From Lytechinus pictus (taxonomy: Eukaryota): a stretch of DNA of 64,000 nucleotides. Numbering within the stretch: position 1 is the first letter of the stretch; every line of letters starts with the position of its first letter. The translations under genes and the position numbers were made by a program. The notes beneath the pieces were generated by a model, which had not been told where the DNA came from, ran no database searches, and saw only the letters and a list, made by a program, of their open reading frames with translations. The stretch lies in NCBI RefSeq assembly GCF_037042905.1, contig NC_087246.1, positions 32,488,001 through 32,552,000 on the forward strand. The letters run 5' to 3'. Of this stretch, positions 36,987 to 50,585 are shown one piece after another.

Positions 36987-39261
36987 TTGAAAATTGTTTA
37001 ACAAATGTAGCCTATATATTCTCTCTGATCATTATCTGAAAATGCGGAATCGTTTTTTTTTAATACTGACAGAATAAGAAACAAATAAATATGTGCAACA
37101 TTAAAATAAAAAATTAAAGATTAAAATAAAAATCATCTGCAATTGCTCATACACTCACATCCCCATACCAACAATCGCACGTGAACACAGACCCTTCCGT
37201 CCACAAACCCTGACAATTTTGTAGATTTTCAATTCAATAGGTCCTACATAGACTTTTTTATATATGAGATAAAGTTGTTGCGGAATCTTTGAAAGAAGTT
37301 GGAAGGGGATTCCACTCTTACAATCCACTCTTACAACGATAAAAGTTAATGACTTTAGAGATGAAGCAAGTCATACTTTGGGAACATGAACATTATCTTT
37401 TGGTCGAGAAGCATAATTTGAGAGTAGACAGACAATAGCATTTCAGTGGGAAAAGCCAATTCTTAATTGAGTACATAAAGATTAAAGTATCAAAAGTAAT
37501 AACTTCACGTAAAGCCAAAATATGATTTTTTTTTTAAGCGGGCTTGCCTTCACTTTGCATATGGGAGTTATTACCCAGTATATCACCTAAAATGGTATTC
37601 ATTTTTTTTGTGTGTTCCTTTCCCTTGTTTAAAGAGTACAGGATAAATATTCTGACTTTGCATTACATAATCATGATAATAGGATTATCAATTTGTTATT
37701 CTTAATACAGCTTTCCCTTTTCCAGAACGAGAGTTTAATAAACGTTTAAACATTTTATTATTTTTCTTTATGGATATCATAAGGTCAGCTGTTAGCCAAG
37801 GGTTCTTTAAAATACCTTTCATTTTTCACTTTGACTTCAGGTCTGTGGAATCCTTTGTAACAAATAGAGTGAAAGACTCACATCATAAAAATATCATTAT
37901 GATTATTGGCATTTAACATTACTCCAATCGACTTCAACGAGTTATTTATTGAATTAAAATATAATTATTATCGTCATTACCCTCACTTTGCAGAAATTGT
38001 GATTGCCATTGATTTGTACCCCAAAAAAAATAGTTAAATGGTCTTGAGATGTCAGCTATGAACAAAGCAAATTTCATTATCCATTTCATTATCGAAAATT
38101 ATACAAACTATGCATGTTATGCCATCTGTTAAAGTTTCATATATGCTTTTGATATTCTTGTTGGTTTCGTAATGAAAGTTTTTTGAAAAAAATGAAAGGT
38201 TTTGAAAACACATAAAAAAAAGCTTTATTTTTCATGAGTACTTGCTTTTAATTAATTAATGTTGTAGTCATCTTGAATGTAGACAGTAGGTTTATGATTC
38301 CCACATCTTAATCATAATCAAGCATGTTCCAAGATAGATCTGATCTTATCTAATAAAAATATCTTTCATCTGTGTAAGTGGCAACACCATCCCCTAATTC
38401 ATTGTGTCTCTTTATATTTGCAAGATCATAACCATCTATATATATTTTTTTTTTCTTGATTGAAACCATGTCTCTGTCACACCAATCGTTGTAAACTTAT
38501 GATTTATGTTTGTTAACATTGTTCAAAATGCATCAAAGTTATGGCTTAAACTGCTATAATTAACATAAAGAAGTGCAAAAACATTAGCATTTGTTTAATT
38601 GTCACTAAATTCTTCACAAAGAGTATATGAAAAATTCATTGCTTTTATTTTATAGGAAACAAGCCGAACTGAAATACAAGTTTTCATTATTGCATGTAAC
38701 ATTTTCGTCATTGCAGTTAATACCGTAATAAAAATGGATTGATTTTAACATTTTTCAAAGTGCATGTTCAGATTCAACGTTTTTATTTAGATGGAAATAT
38801 ACATGATTTTTTATCATTATACAAATATTGACTACTCATGATTAAGTTTTCATTCCCGAGGTGGTTTTCTTATCTGCCCTTCTATCAACGCTCGGGCAAT
38901 ACAGAATATTATTCTCAGTTTGATTAGAAAGTAGTTTTCGCGAACGGGATAACCAAGTAAAGGTGTTGTCTTCCGCAAATTTGACCCTGTTGCTGGAGTT
39001 TATATTATAATAATAATAATATAGGTATATTTACCCAGGGTCGCCACTTTAGTTCGAAAACTGTTCTACCAGCGGGCTGGTGATATTGATACACTGCATG
39101 CCAATATCAGTTTAGAAAACGACCGTGCGTTACAGTACATTTCGTTTCTAAAGTAAAAAAAAAACACATTTAAACAGAATAGGCCTATGTGTATGCCTAT
39201 ATACTAGAATCTATGCTGATTAAATTGCTCAATGACAGCCTAAAGTGCAGGTCAAAATAAA

Positions 39262-39986
39262 GGATCAGATGCATTTTTAAAAGAAGCAATTGCTGGCAAG
39301 CAATGGCTCCAAGCACAACCAATAGCTTACCGAGCAAAATATCATGCTTCCGCAATTTTGCTTTATTTCATATAACCCTTTGCTAGTGCTTGAACCCTTA
39401 ATTGCCTTCAGAAAGAAGTTCAGAGAGCAATTGCTAATGGTTTGAACGTCACGCTGCACGGGTGCAAACACGACTCACAGAAAGGCAGGACTCGAACGCA
39501 AAGGTGTACGTGTGGCAGTGAAAATTACCGCTTCTATAACATCTTACTATACACTGCTATACATGGTGTCAAACTTACATGCTTTCTTTTTGATAAATTT
39601 ATAAATTTGGCATTTGGTTTGCACTTACTAGGAATAAGACATGTACACGCATGCTACTGTACACCTTGGGGTTCTCTCTCAGGTGCATAAACAAATATTT
39701 AAAAAAAAACCGCTAACGCTCTGATCAAGCAAACGCTCAAGCTGCCCTGACGGAGCTTGAAAAAAACCCAAGCAAGTGCTTAAACTCACAAGCGAAATAT
39801 GTTAGCCTTATGAATACGCTTTTTGCAAAAGCTAAATCATCAAGAAAATGCTAGCAGTCAGCGTAAGCGATTGTTTAAACTTACTAGCAAAAACATTTGC
39901 TCGCTCACTTTTATGCATATACGGAATAAAGCAAGAGCCAAGCAAAAGCCTAGAAAAGGCAATTGCTACTTTTATGCATCCGACCC
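39262..39986. mobile_element. TIR element (Harbinger-like) present only in duplication unit 1
   Basis: Ends GGATCAGATGCAT..AAAAGAAGCAATTGC / GCAATTGCTACTTTTATGCATCCGACCC. Absent at the paralogous site ~49800. Confidence 0.7.
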
Positions 39987-40695
39987 ATAGACTCGTCTTC
40001 AGAGAGCATTCAATGGTATCACGATTCAGGGTTCAAAGTCAACCGTTTGAATACACAATACACGCTCATTCATAGGCCTCCAAATGTTAATTTACTATTA
40101 ACCTTCGATCTCTGTAAATAATTCGTAAAGAATAAAATAAAAAAGTAAAGGTCAGCAAAATTTGGGATACCTCCTTCTTAACCCCACCTACCTAGATCGA
40201 ACTCAAACTGAGCGCAAACGATCCGTAGTAATCCGTGTTTTCTTTTTTTCTGACGCCAAGAGTACGCATTGAAAAAAGGAGAGATTTATTGCGTTTAGCT
40301 TCTTTAGTTTTTCTTGGGAATAAATGTAGTTTCTTCGCCAGCTTTCCCTTGCTCCCCTCACTTTTTCCTTTTGCAACCCCTGAATGTATAGCGTCCATGG
40401 TATAGGCCTACATGCCCTCTTGCCAAGACCTTTGATACGCCATGTAGGATATATTGTCAATATTTTCATGTAATTTGTTTACTTTATAAAGGTCAATATC
40501 GTTCACGAGCCCGTTTCTCTTCAGGAGATAAATATCTTTATCACTGCGACCAAGGAGCTTCCAACACACAAAGACAAGAGAGTCTAGTGTCATATTCTGG
40601 AATTGTTCTTTTCCATCTACATTCGAAGCCTCGATTGCGAGCAATTAATCCGGAGACACTCAGTTATAGCACTTTTCCGACGATCAAGATTAACC

Positions 40696-43600
40696 ATGGT
40701 TGTCAAGGTTTACGTCGATCTCCTTTCGCAGCCTTGCCGCGCTCTTGTCATCTTCCTCAAAAACACCAAAATCCCGTTCGAAATTGAGAAAGTAAATTTG
40801 AAGGCTGGTAAGCATTATAATTAATTTTTCTTACGTATTTCCAAGGGATTCTAACACTTTTGTTGACATTATCGATGTCAAAGGTACTTCATAAAATGAT
40901 TTACGATTAAAGATTGTGTTAATCCTAAACATCTCTGGTCAGATGTACCACTTTCTCATATCGATAATCATACTACTATGATTGTAAGACTGGAAGTATG
41001 AAGAGTAGACCAGGGACCCGTCTTACAAAGAGTTACGATTGATCCAATCAATCGTAACTCTATGGAAATCCAACTATGTCATAATTTTTTCTTTCGGAGA
41101 TTTGTTTGATATCCGTTGAAAACAAAAAGAAGCATACTGAATTGTCAAGAAAACAGTTAATGTATGAATATACATCATTTCTAGTAATTATTTTGAACAA
41201 ACATGTATTTTAGATGTTGACGTTGCTGGCTTTCCATAGTTGCGATAGATGAGATCAATCGCAACTCTTTGTAAGACGGGTCCCTGATGTATACATGTAA
41301 TTTTGCAGTTGTACTTACGAAGTCGACTCGAAAGCTAGCCTTGTTTCAAATTACATTATACTATATCTGTGAGTTTGAATGTTGGGAATGTGGTATCTTT
41401 CTACTTTCCAGAATAAAAATTCTTCGTATTTTATTTATTCATTTTATATATATATATATTTTTTTTTTTTTGGGGGGGGGAGAAGGATATCATTTCTTAC
41501 CCAATACTTGTTAAGTTTGGGGTTCTTTTATAGCTATTGTTAAGGGCGGGGTTCGTAACCAATACTTTTTTAGGGTAGCGCTTAACAATACTAAACTTGT
41601 TAAGGGGTGCGTTTTCAGATCATTGAAACTACTTGTTCAGGGTATGTTTTAAAACCCCCATGGATATTCATGATATCCACTGGTCAATGGAACTACCCCC
41701 TCCCCCCTCATCAGGCCAGTCATGATTGTTCAACATAAATTTCCCTTTCCATTTCATAACTGTTAAAAAAGAGGTAATTTTTCTGGAGAGGGGGGCATCC
41801 AAGGGGTTTACCGTTTGGCTCAACTTTTTGGTCACATATTTTTTGGCGGCATCTAAGGCCGTACGTAAATTTTTTTTTCATGGGGGAGGGGTGAAATGAT
41901 ATAGAGGTTATCCCAGTTTCCTCTTTTCTTTATTATCAGCAGATTAAATAGGCCTACATGTTTGCCTTTTCTTCTTGAGTCAATAGTCGTGCTTTGAACA
42001 ATCATTATTATCCACATTTAAATAAGGTTAGTAAACAAGCAAAAATTGCAAGTCATATTTGCTCTAAGATGGCACTTGCACCTGTATGAAAAATTCATTG
42101 GTTTTTGGAGCTTAACGTGATTCAATTTTTTTCCCCGAGGTATACTGCCCTTTTTCATGTTTGTACATGCTCAATAATATTCTGGCTCGTTTATTCATTC
42201 TTTCTCAAATATTCTGTCTTTTTGTTAAATCATCGATTTATAATAATTTCATTTCATCTCATCTCGTTTACTTCCATTTCCAACCATCACAATAAGTCAT
42301 CTTTTATCAATCTTTATAAATTAATGCAAAAATTGAGTACAAAATAGTCAAGACAAGTATGCAACAGGTCGGCGATGGAGGAGGCTGCTAAAAATTAAAA
42401 GTCGAGTTTGTAGAGGACAGTCTCATATTAAAAGCATTCTTAAAATAGTAAAGATCAAATTAGAAAAAATTAAAAAATCTACAAAATGACAAGAAGAGCA
42501 TATTAAAGACTTATCTACACTCTTAAAATGTTGGGCAACAGACTGTCCACACAACAATTGGTCACAAAATTTATCCAACTCTGGGTAGTTTTCAACCAAT
42601 ACTGTGTAGTTTTCACCCAAAGCACACATTATTGGTTTAAAACTACCCAGAATTGGATAAAGTTTTAACCAATTGTTGTGTGGACAGTAATTATGTTGTG
42701 CAACATTTTCTAAGAGTGTAGTTAAATGAATGGTGTCCAGAAATATAACAAGAAAGATAAGATCATGAAAAAGAGAGGGGGAAATTTTCCGAATCTTGCA
42801 CCGACACTCACTATGAAACCCAATGTTTTAATTTATAAATAACTAATTTCTATTAACCCGTTTAACAAAAATCATTTATGAATTCATTCATCTATTCATA
42901 ATTTTGTTTGTGATTCCGTTTTTCAGGAGAACATAGGAAACCTGAGTTTGTAAAGATAGCCCCTCTCTGTACCGTACCGGCTATCCAAGATGGTGACTTC
43001 AGCATGGGAGAAACGTAAGATCTATTATCGTATTTTTCTACGTGCTACTCACATTTCTTGTTTCTTTGATAAAGGATGAATACAAAATATATATTATTTT
43101 GTTTAAATGATGACGACGTTCAAATGGTGAAACGACACATTAATGAGGTCCAATAATTACTATTGGCAAAAAATAAAATATCAATGACGATACTGGTAAT
43201 CATGGTGATAACGTAAACAGATGATTATGCCAAAATTAATTATGATAAAGATAATCCGTGCAATGGTGTTTTTAATTAAATCATTACAGAATGCTCAGTT
43301 CAGTTGCTCTGAAATATACATTTACGCACTAACCACAAAGAATTACTGGATTATCGTGTGTTTTTTGCAGAGTGGCGATTATCAAATACCTGGCAACAAA
43401 ATATGCAGACCTAGTCCCTGACCACTGGTACCCGAAGGATCTAGAAAAAAGAGCCAGAGTTGATGAATACATGGCCTTTCATCATACAGGAACAAGAGGA
43501 GGATGTTGTGGAATCTTCATCAGCGAAGTGAGAAGCACCATTAAGAGTGTTCCATCTATCTGGATTTTCGGTTTACACATGAGGGGGGGGGGGGGTGGAT

Positions 43601-45545
43601 TGAAAATTTAAGCACACTGGACCAGAAGGGGTCCACTTGTTTGGGTAGGGTAATGGTTATTTATCGTAGATGTCTGTTCATAGTCTGCAGGCGCAGACCC
43701 TGATTGAAACTGTGATCAATAAGTGTGTCTCCACGCAAAGACTAGCACATACAAAACTTGCTGTTTCAATTCAATTCATGAGCGAGAGGGCCTTCAGTAC
43801 ATAAGACATGAGTTGGCTGCGCAGTCAGACCCTTAACTCCTTAACTCGAGTGAAGGGTTTGCACAGCAGACTATCCAGATCCAGTCCCCTTCCTCGGTGA
43901 ATTAATTAAGAGTCAACTATTTACAAAGCCCGCACGATGCCTCTACACAGTTTCGTAAAACCTATAGAAGATTATGCCCCCACCCCCCCAATAAAAAAAA
44001 AAGAAGAAGAAGAAGAAGAAGGAAGAGGAGGAGAAGGAGAAGAAGAAGATTATGAAGAAGAAGGAGAAGAAGAAAAATATATTATAAAAATATAGATGAA
44101 AATATTTTAAAGATATATGAATGCATAAATATAAATAAAAATGCAAAAGAAATTTAAAAATTTGAGTATTAATGAATTTCACTTTAATAGCACAGTTCAA
44201 GTTAAAAAGCCATCCTCTCAGAATATCTTATTTTTATACATAAAAACAATATACTCAACGCACACACATACACTCGCCCGAACACCCCCACACACGCATA
44301 CCTTCGCATTAAATAACAGTGTTATCTTTGGCGAATTCAAACTCCAGAACAGAATTGATAAGCTAATAGCAGTGTTTGATTCAACAAGTCGATTTTTTAA
44401 TGTTCTTTTTAATACAGGTTATCATCCCATTGTTTTCGGAAGGGAAAGAGCATGCATCGGAGGAAAGGTTGAAAAGAGATACAGAGAATTTGACCAAACA
44501 ACTTGATAAGCTGGAGAATGCTTTCTTACAGGACAATGACTGGTTGGTCGGAGATGACATCTCTGTGGCGGATGTGCTTGCCGTTTCCGAGGTAAAACGG
44601 CAACAACAACTAAACAAAGATATACCACCAAAATCTATTAGGCTGTTAATCTAATTTTAAAAAGGGGGAGGAAATATGATGAAAATGTCATTGAATATTT
44701 CAAGCACGATATAATACATAGAAAAGCCAACATGGAAATGTTTTGGACTTTGTCATGCAAATACTTTCATTAGTAAATTCATTTGTGAAATCCTATTACC
44801 AATATTCATTCAATCTAGATCAGAGTTTGGTTATTTATGTCTTATTTCAATATCTTATATTTTTATCAACTATTGTATGTGTATTGTATGTATCAATCAT
44901 TTTTGTAAACTGTACGCAATTCAGCCGTAAGGCTGCTATGTGCAATGTTTTTTTTTAATACCGAAATAACTTACTGTGCACCAGTGCCATATACTTGGAA
45001 CCTTGTAAGTTGCAATTTTGCACCTTCTTCGTTTTAATGAAAGGTGCACAATTTCACATTAAATGTATACCCCGGTGAGACATCGGTAAGATCACTGGCG
45101 GATCCGGGGGGGGGGGGGGGCAAAGCTGGCCCGTGCCCCTCCCCCTTTTGAGAGGCACAATTAACATTTGCAATATAAGAATGCTGTTAAAACAGAAGTG
45201 CCCCCCTTTTGGGGGGCTTGTCATATTTTTCATCGAGAAAAGGTGCCCCCCCCCCTTTAAAAAATCCTGGATCCGTCCCTGGGTAAGGGCTATGCAAAGT
45301 TGGACATATATAATTTTACAATAAATAATCTTTCTTAACAAATACAGACACTATTATGCAAAGTTATTGTTTATTTACCTTTTTTCAATGATCAGATCAT
45401 GGAAAATACCGTAAACGGACGTGACGTCACAGAGGAGAGACCGAAGCTCAGAGCTTTCGTAGATCGGGTGAAGGACCGTCTTAACCCAACATTTGATGAA
45501 GTCCACGAAGCCTTGTATGCATGGAGGGATAGCTACAAGAAATAA
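40696..45545 (+). CDS. Glutathione S-transferase theta class, gene 2 (5 exons, 226 aa)
   Basis: Exons 40696-40807, 42927-43014, 43371-43527, 44418-44591 and 45396-45545, GT-AG, 681 nt in frame. N-terminal motif DLLSQPCR as in GSTT1. Confidence 0.93.
41014..41283. mobile_element. PIF/Harbinger-like MITE (family B, copy 1), in GST gene 2 intron 1
   Basis: TIRs GGACCCGTCTTACAAAGAGTT / AACTCTTTGTAAGACGGGTCC, flanked by CAG and CTG. Empty site in the paralogous unit at ~50905. Confidence 0.85.
42518..42718. mobile_element. TA-flanked MITE (CACTCTTA...TAAGAGTG); related copies at ~52997-53196, ~62140-62351, ~48301-48517 and ~56300-56544
   Basis: Inverted ends CACTCTTAAAATGTTG / CAACATTTTCTAAGAGTG with TA flanks. 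Confidence 0.7.
43998..44075. repeat. (GAA/GAG)n microsatellite
   Basis: Visible repeat; a shorter version is at the paralogous site ~54467-54497. Confidence 0.85.
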
Positions 45546-45595
45546 ATTTTCTTTATAAAATATGTTTTGAATTCAAGAAGACTTGCTTGGCATCA

Positions 45596-45803
45596 AATAA
45601 TCTATAATTTGTCTAATCAAAATGTATCTTGAACAAAAAATTGTATACATTCCATCTATTTCCTACGAATCTGTTAATTGATTATTGAAGTATTCTTATG
45701 ACACTTATTCTGTTTTGTATCTTCATACATATGTATATATATGTTTGTTATGTTTATTATCAGAAAATGGAAGTGAAATAAACTAAACTGAACTGAAACT
45801 GAA
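45596..45803 (+). mobile_element. LINE 3'-end fragment just downstream of the GST gene 2 stop codon
   Basis: T-rich segment ending AATAAA + CTAAACTGAACTGAAACTGAA. Absent downstream of gene 3. Confidence 0.6.
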
Positions 45804-45934
45804 ATATTATTCTCACCACTCCCCCCTCTCTCTCTCTCTTCCTCTATAAACTTTCTGTCTTTTTATCTCTCTCTCCCCGTCTCTCCCTCCAAATCCATCT
45901 TTCTGTCCCTGGATATATTAAACACTGTGAAATA

Positions 45935-47022
45935 TTATATATTATCACCCGTATCAGACATCTGAGCTGGTCATTTACAAAACCGTATTTCCCTGTATTT
46001 TATTATTATCAGGAAGGGATAGGTATATTGTTTGTATTTTCCTCGGTCTCAATGCGCGTATTGACTTTGCATGCAGAGACGACGCAAAATATACCTTTAT
46101 ATTTTCCCTGGTCTCACATCCGGGCCTTTGAGGATGCGAATGAAGTGATACGCTTCATAATGTTCCGCGCACCAACGATCTACGTCATAATAAAGACAAC
46201 GCTGGATCTGGGCGCTTGCAAGTACGTCATAATGGTAAAGTGCAGAGCCTAGACACTGATATTATCATGACACAACAGAACTCTATTCTTAAAAGATATC
46301 ACTGTTATCATGATTTTTGCTCTAGATATCTGATTTGGATGATAATAAAAATATTGACTGCCCTTCTTTCGGGGAACATCAAATATATTGCCCTTAAAAG
46401 ACCCATATTGCCCTCGTCTAAAAACTCGGGCCAATATGATTCTTTTGCTGGCAATATATTTGATGTTCCCCTCAAGACCAGTCAATATTATATAATTATA
46501 TCCTACATAGAGTAAATCCTGTATAGTGATTGGTTCAAGTAGCATCATGTGACCTAATATATTTCAACTATGATGTTGCGTGACGTCAGACCTCGATATA
46601 TTTTTGGATAAACCAATATTATGACGTCATTATTTCACAAAACTGGATATCTCGGCGCACCGGCTTGCGCGCTCTCTCTCCCGGGCGCGCAAGTCCAGCG
46701 CGATGCGTCAGCGCAGACACTAATCTGCGTTCCGCTGAGCGCCGTGGCTCGGAGAAAAGTAGGTAATTCAACGCAAGTAACAGGACTTTGCATGCTCAGC
46801 GCATAGATTTTGGTTATAAATTATTAAAAGTAGGATATAAAACAAATATATCAGGCGTTTCATTCGAAAGCATAGTGGGAATTATTAATCCTCGGTTGAA
46901 CTGGCAAAACTACTAAATTTCCCTCGGGGCTTCGCCCCTCAGGGAGAAATAGTAATTGCCAGACCAACCTCGGATAAATAATTCCACTATACTTTCTCAA
47001 AGCCTGATACATTTGTTTACTA
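45935..47022. mobile_element. Unclassified insertion(s) carrying two long hairpins, specific to unit 1
   Basis: Absent at the paralogous site ~55955. Hairpins at 46350-46489 and 46849-47009. Confidence 0.6.
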
Positions 47023-47319
47023 ACATCCAATTGCCATATCTTCTTATATTGCAAAGAACCATTTTCGTCGACTTTTTAATAGACCTGATTGTCAACTTCA
47101 TTTTCATGAAACGCTGCGTCACATATGAAATCGTTTAGTAAATTTTTTCCTCCAAGAACTAGAAAAATTAAATTGACAATTGATTTAGTGCATTAGATAT
47201 TTATTGCTGCAACTTATTTCATTATAAAAGAGACATATTATTCACACAAGTATGAAATAATGAAAAAAATATGATTTTATGTAATAACATAAGAAAACGG
47301 AAAGTGGAGATGTGACATC

Positions 47320-47974
47320 GATTCTAGGACATCTACCCCCTGGACATCCACCCCCCGGACATCTACCACCCGGACATCCACCCCCCGGACATCCACCCCC
47401 TTAGGACATCTACCCCCTAGGACAAGTACCCCCCGGACATCTACCCCCCGGACATCTACCCCCTAGGACATCTACCCCCCCGGACATTTACCCCCCGGAC
47501 AAGTACCCCCAGGACATTTACCCCCCGGACATCTACCCCCCGGACATTTACCCCCTGGACATTTACCCCCCCCCAGACAGGCTACCCCCGGGCATCTACT
47601 CACGGATATTTTGGATACGGGGGGTAAATGTCCGGGGGGTAGATGTCCAAGAGGTAGATGTCCGGGGGGGTAGATGTCCGGGGGGTAGATGACCGGGGGA
47701 TAGATGTCCGGGGGGTAATTGTCCGGGGGTAGATGTCCGGGGGGTAGATGTCCGGGGGGTAATTGTCCGGGGGGTAGATGTCCGGGGGGTAATTGTCCGG
47801 GGGGTAGATGTCCGGGGGGTAGATGTCCGGGGGGTAGATGTCCGGGGGGTAGATGTCCTAGGGGGTACTTGTCCTAGGGGGTAGATGTCCTAAGGGGGTG
47901 GATGTCCGGGGGGTGGATGTCCGGGTGGTGGATGTCCGGGGGATGGATGTCCAGGGGGTAGATATCCGGATACG
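47320..47974. mobile_element. Foldback/Mutator-like element with (GGACATCTACCCCCC)n arms and almost no spacer
   Basis: Arms 47327-~47605 and inverted ~47618-47966. Termini GATTCTAGGAC...ATCCGGATACG are related to those of 7332-10043. Degenerate 9-bp TSD TGTGACATC / AGCGCCATC. Inserted in a TTAA-MITE remnant that ends at 48156. Confidence 0.85.
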
Positions 47975-50585
47975 AGCGCCATCATCAGCCCATCTAATGA
48001 ATATTCATGACGACTGTTTTCACAAAATATTGCTAAACTTTAAACTTCAATAACTTTATTATTTGTTATCCGATTTCGATGAAATTTTCAGCATTTTGCT
48101 CAGTGAATTCTACTCTATGTATTAAGATATGAATATTTTCAGCCCGGACCATCCCTTTAAAACAATATAATGTCAATAAGTACAATCATCATCTTCAGTA
48201 TTAATTCTACTTATTATTGGTTCAGATAATTGTCATCTTTAACGAACGTATTCCAAAAATTAACAGAATACATATACCTTCTGTATTCACAAGAATTATG
48301 CACTCTAAAAAATATTGGGTAAAAATGCTCCATGAGGGAAATTATGTGTCCAACCAACATTGGGCATTTCTTTTGGGCATTTTTATTTATCCAGTGTGAT
48401 GAAAATTTTGCCCATCCTAAAGTAATTGCTGCTTATTTGTTAACCTTATTGGACAATATGCTTCCCGCATTGGTCAAAATACTGGTTAAAATTTTTACCC
48501 AGTATTTATTTACAGTGTCCAGAAATTGCTTGTTTAGTCAGTGTATACATCTAATTAGTTATATTCCTCCAATAGCATTATTTGAACAATTTTCAAGATA
48601 TTCTGCGACTTTGGATATTTCTTATATCGCTTGGAGTTAAATTGTCATGAAATAGGGTCAGAAAAAGAAATTGATATTGTTTCGCCAAATTATTGTTAAG
48701 ATTCACATTTTGCTTTTCCCCCTTTATTGTAGCGATTGTAGCGATAGTCAATAATGTAAAATATTCAACAAATCTATGCAGAAACAGATTATGAATTAAA
48801 TCGTGCATAATACACTCTTATCAAAACATTACTTTGATTTGTACGCCAGTAAAGCGGGAACGTGTGTTTATGGACAAATGAAGTGAGATTGTTTACATAT
48901 ATGAATTTTCTTAGTTCTTTGTTCATTCTGTACATGTTATTTTTTCTGTTTGATTAAGAGCGAAATGTAAATAAAGTCGGACAATGCAAAAGTCATTTTC
49001 CATTGTTCATTTGATTCGTTTCATTATCGTTTTTAATTCACAAAACGTCAAATAATTTTTCCTTCAAAAATTAATCAAACAACAACAAAAAAATGCTTGC
49101 ATCATTTAATCGAGAACAGCTGTAATTTTGCATTAACTATTAAACAATTCAGCGAATTAGTACTTTGTTCATCACTCGGGACTATAAAACAAAATTCAGT
49201 GTATCATCTGGGCTAATCTTTAAAACAGTTGTTTGTATTTCATAAATTCATGAGAAGTTGACATTTATCAGCAATGCATGCAGCAACAGATCTACGCGCA
49301 ATTCTTGTCTATAAAACACGTTCTTGTGACACATTTCCGTTCCCAATTTACACATTGTACATCAGCTCAAGTACACCATTCCTTTTGCCACATGAACTGT
49401 GTGTTACCAAGTCTTATCCTTTTTTTTGTATTTTTGTTTCTATTGAAAGAATCAAACATATTGACATAGAGAAAAAAAACGTAATCGTATTACCATTTCT
49501 GAGTAAAAAAAAAAAAACATAAAACGAAAAAGGACAACACAAGACGACACAACACACCACAATATATACAAATCTGGATTATTGTCTCCCTTTTGCGAAT
49601 GGGATAACCAAGTAAAGGTGTTGTCTTCCGCAAAACTGATCCTGTTGCTGGAGCTCATATTGATACACTGTATAGAAAACTATCGTGCGTTACTTTCAAA
49701 AGTAACACACTAACATATATTTTAACAAAATATGTATATTGACTAGAATTTATGCTGAATAAATTTCTCAATGGTAGCCTAAGGTGCAAGTCGAAATAAA
49801 GTCTCATTTTCAGACACAGGCAATGGTATCACGATTCAGGGTTCAAAGTCAGCCATTTGAATACACAATACACTCTCATTGATAGACCTCCAAATATTAA
49901 TTCATTATCAACCTTCGATCTCGGCAAATAATTCGTTAAGAATGAACTAAGAAATAAAGGTCAGCAAAATTTTGGACACCTCCTTCTCTAAACCCCACCT
50001 ACCTGGATCGAACTCAAACTGTGCGCAAACGATCCATAACCAGTGATTTCTTTCCTTCTTTTGTTTTAAGTATTCCATGATCGAATGCGTATTGAGGGGA
50101 AACCACGCTGGTCGGGTGGGGGCGAGTGCTGAAACCACATACCTGACGCCAGGAGTATCGCTGAAAAAACGAAGGGAGATTAATAGCGTTTAGCTTCTTT
50201 AGTTTTTCTTGGGAATACTATTGTTGCTTCTTCGCCATCCTCCCTTTGCCCTTCGTCGGTCTCCCCCCCCTTCACCTTTGCCTTTTGCAACCCCTGAATG
50301 TATAGCGCCCAGGGTATCTTGCAAAGCCCTTTGATACGCCATTGATTTGAGGATGTATTGTCAATATTTTCACGTAATTTGTTTACTTTATAAAGGTCAA
50401 TATCGTTCACGAGCCCGTTTCTCTTCAGAAGATAAATATCTTTATCACTGCGACAAAGACAAGAGAGTCCATAGCAGTGTCATATTCTGGAATTGTTCTT
50501 TTCCATCCACATTCGAAGGCTTGATTGCGAGCAATTAATCCGGAGACACTCAGTTATAGCACTTTTGCCACGATCAAGATTAACC

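Noticed and set aside
40147-40495. Two AAAGGTCA nuclear-receptor half-sites and a TATAAA upstream of gene 2 (also in unit 2)
   Set aside because: A few such 8-mers are expected by chance in 64 kb of AT-rich DNA, and their presence in both units reflects the recent duplication.
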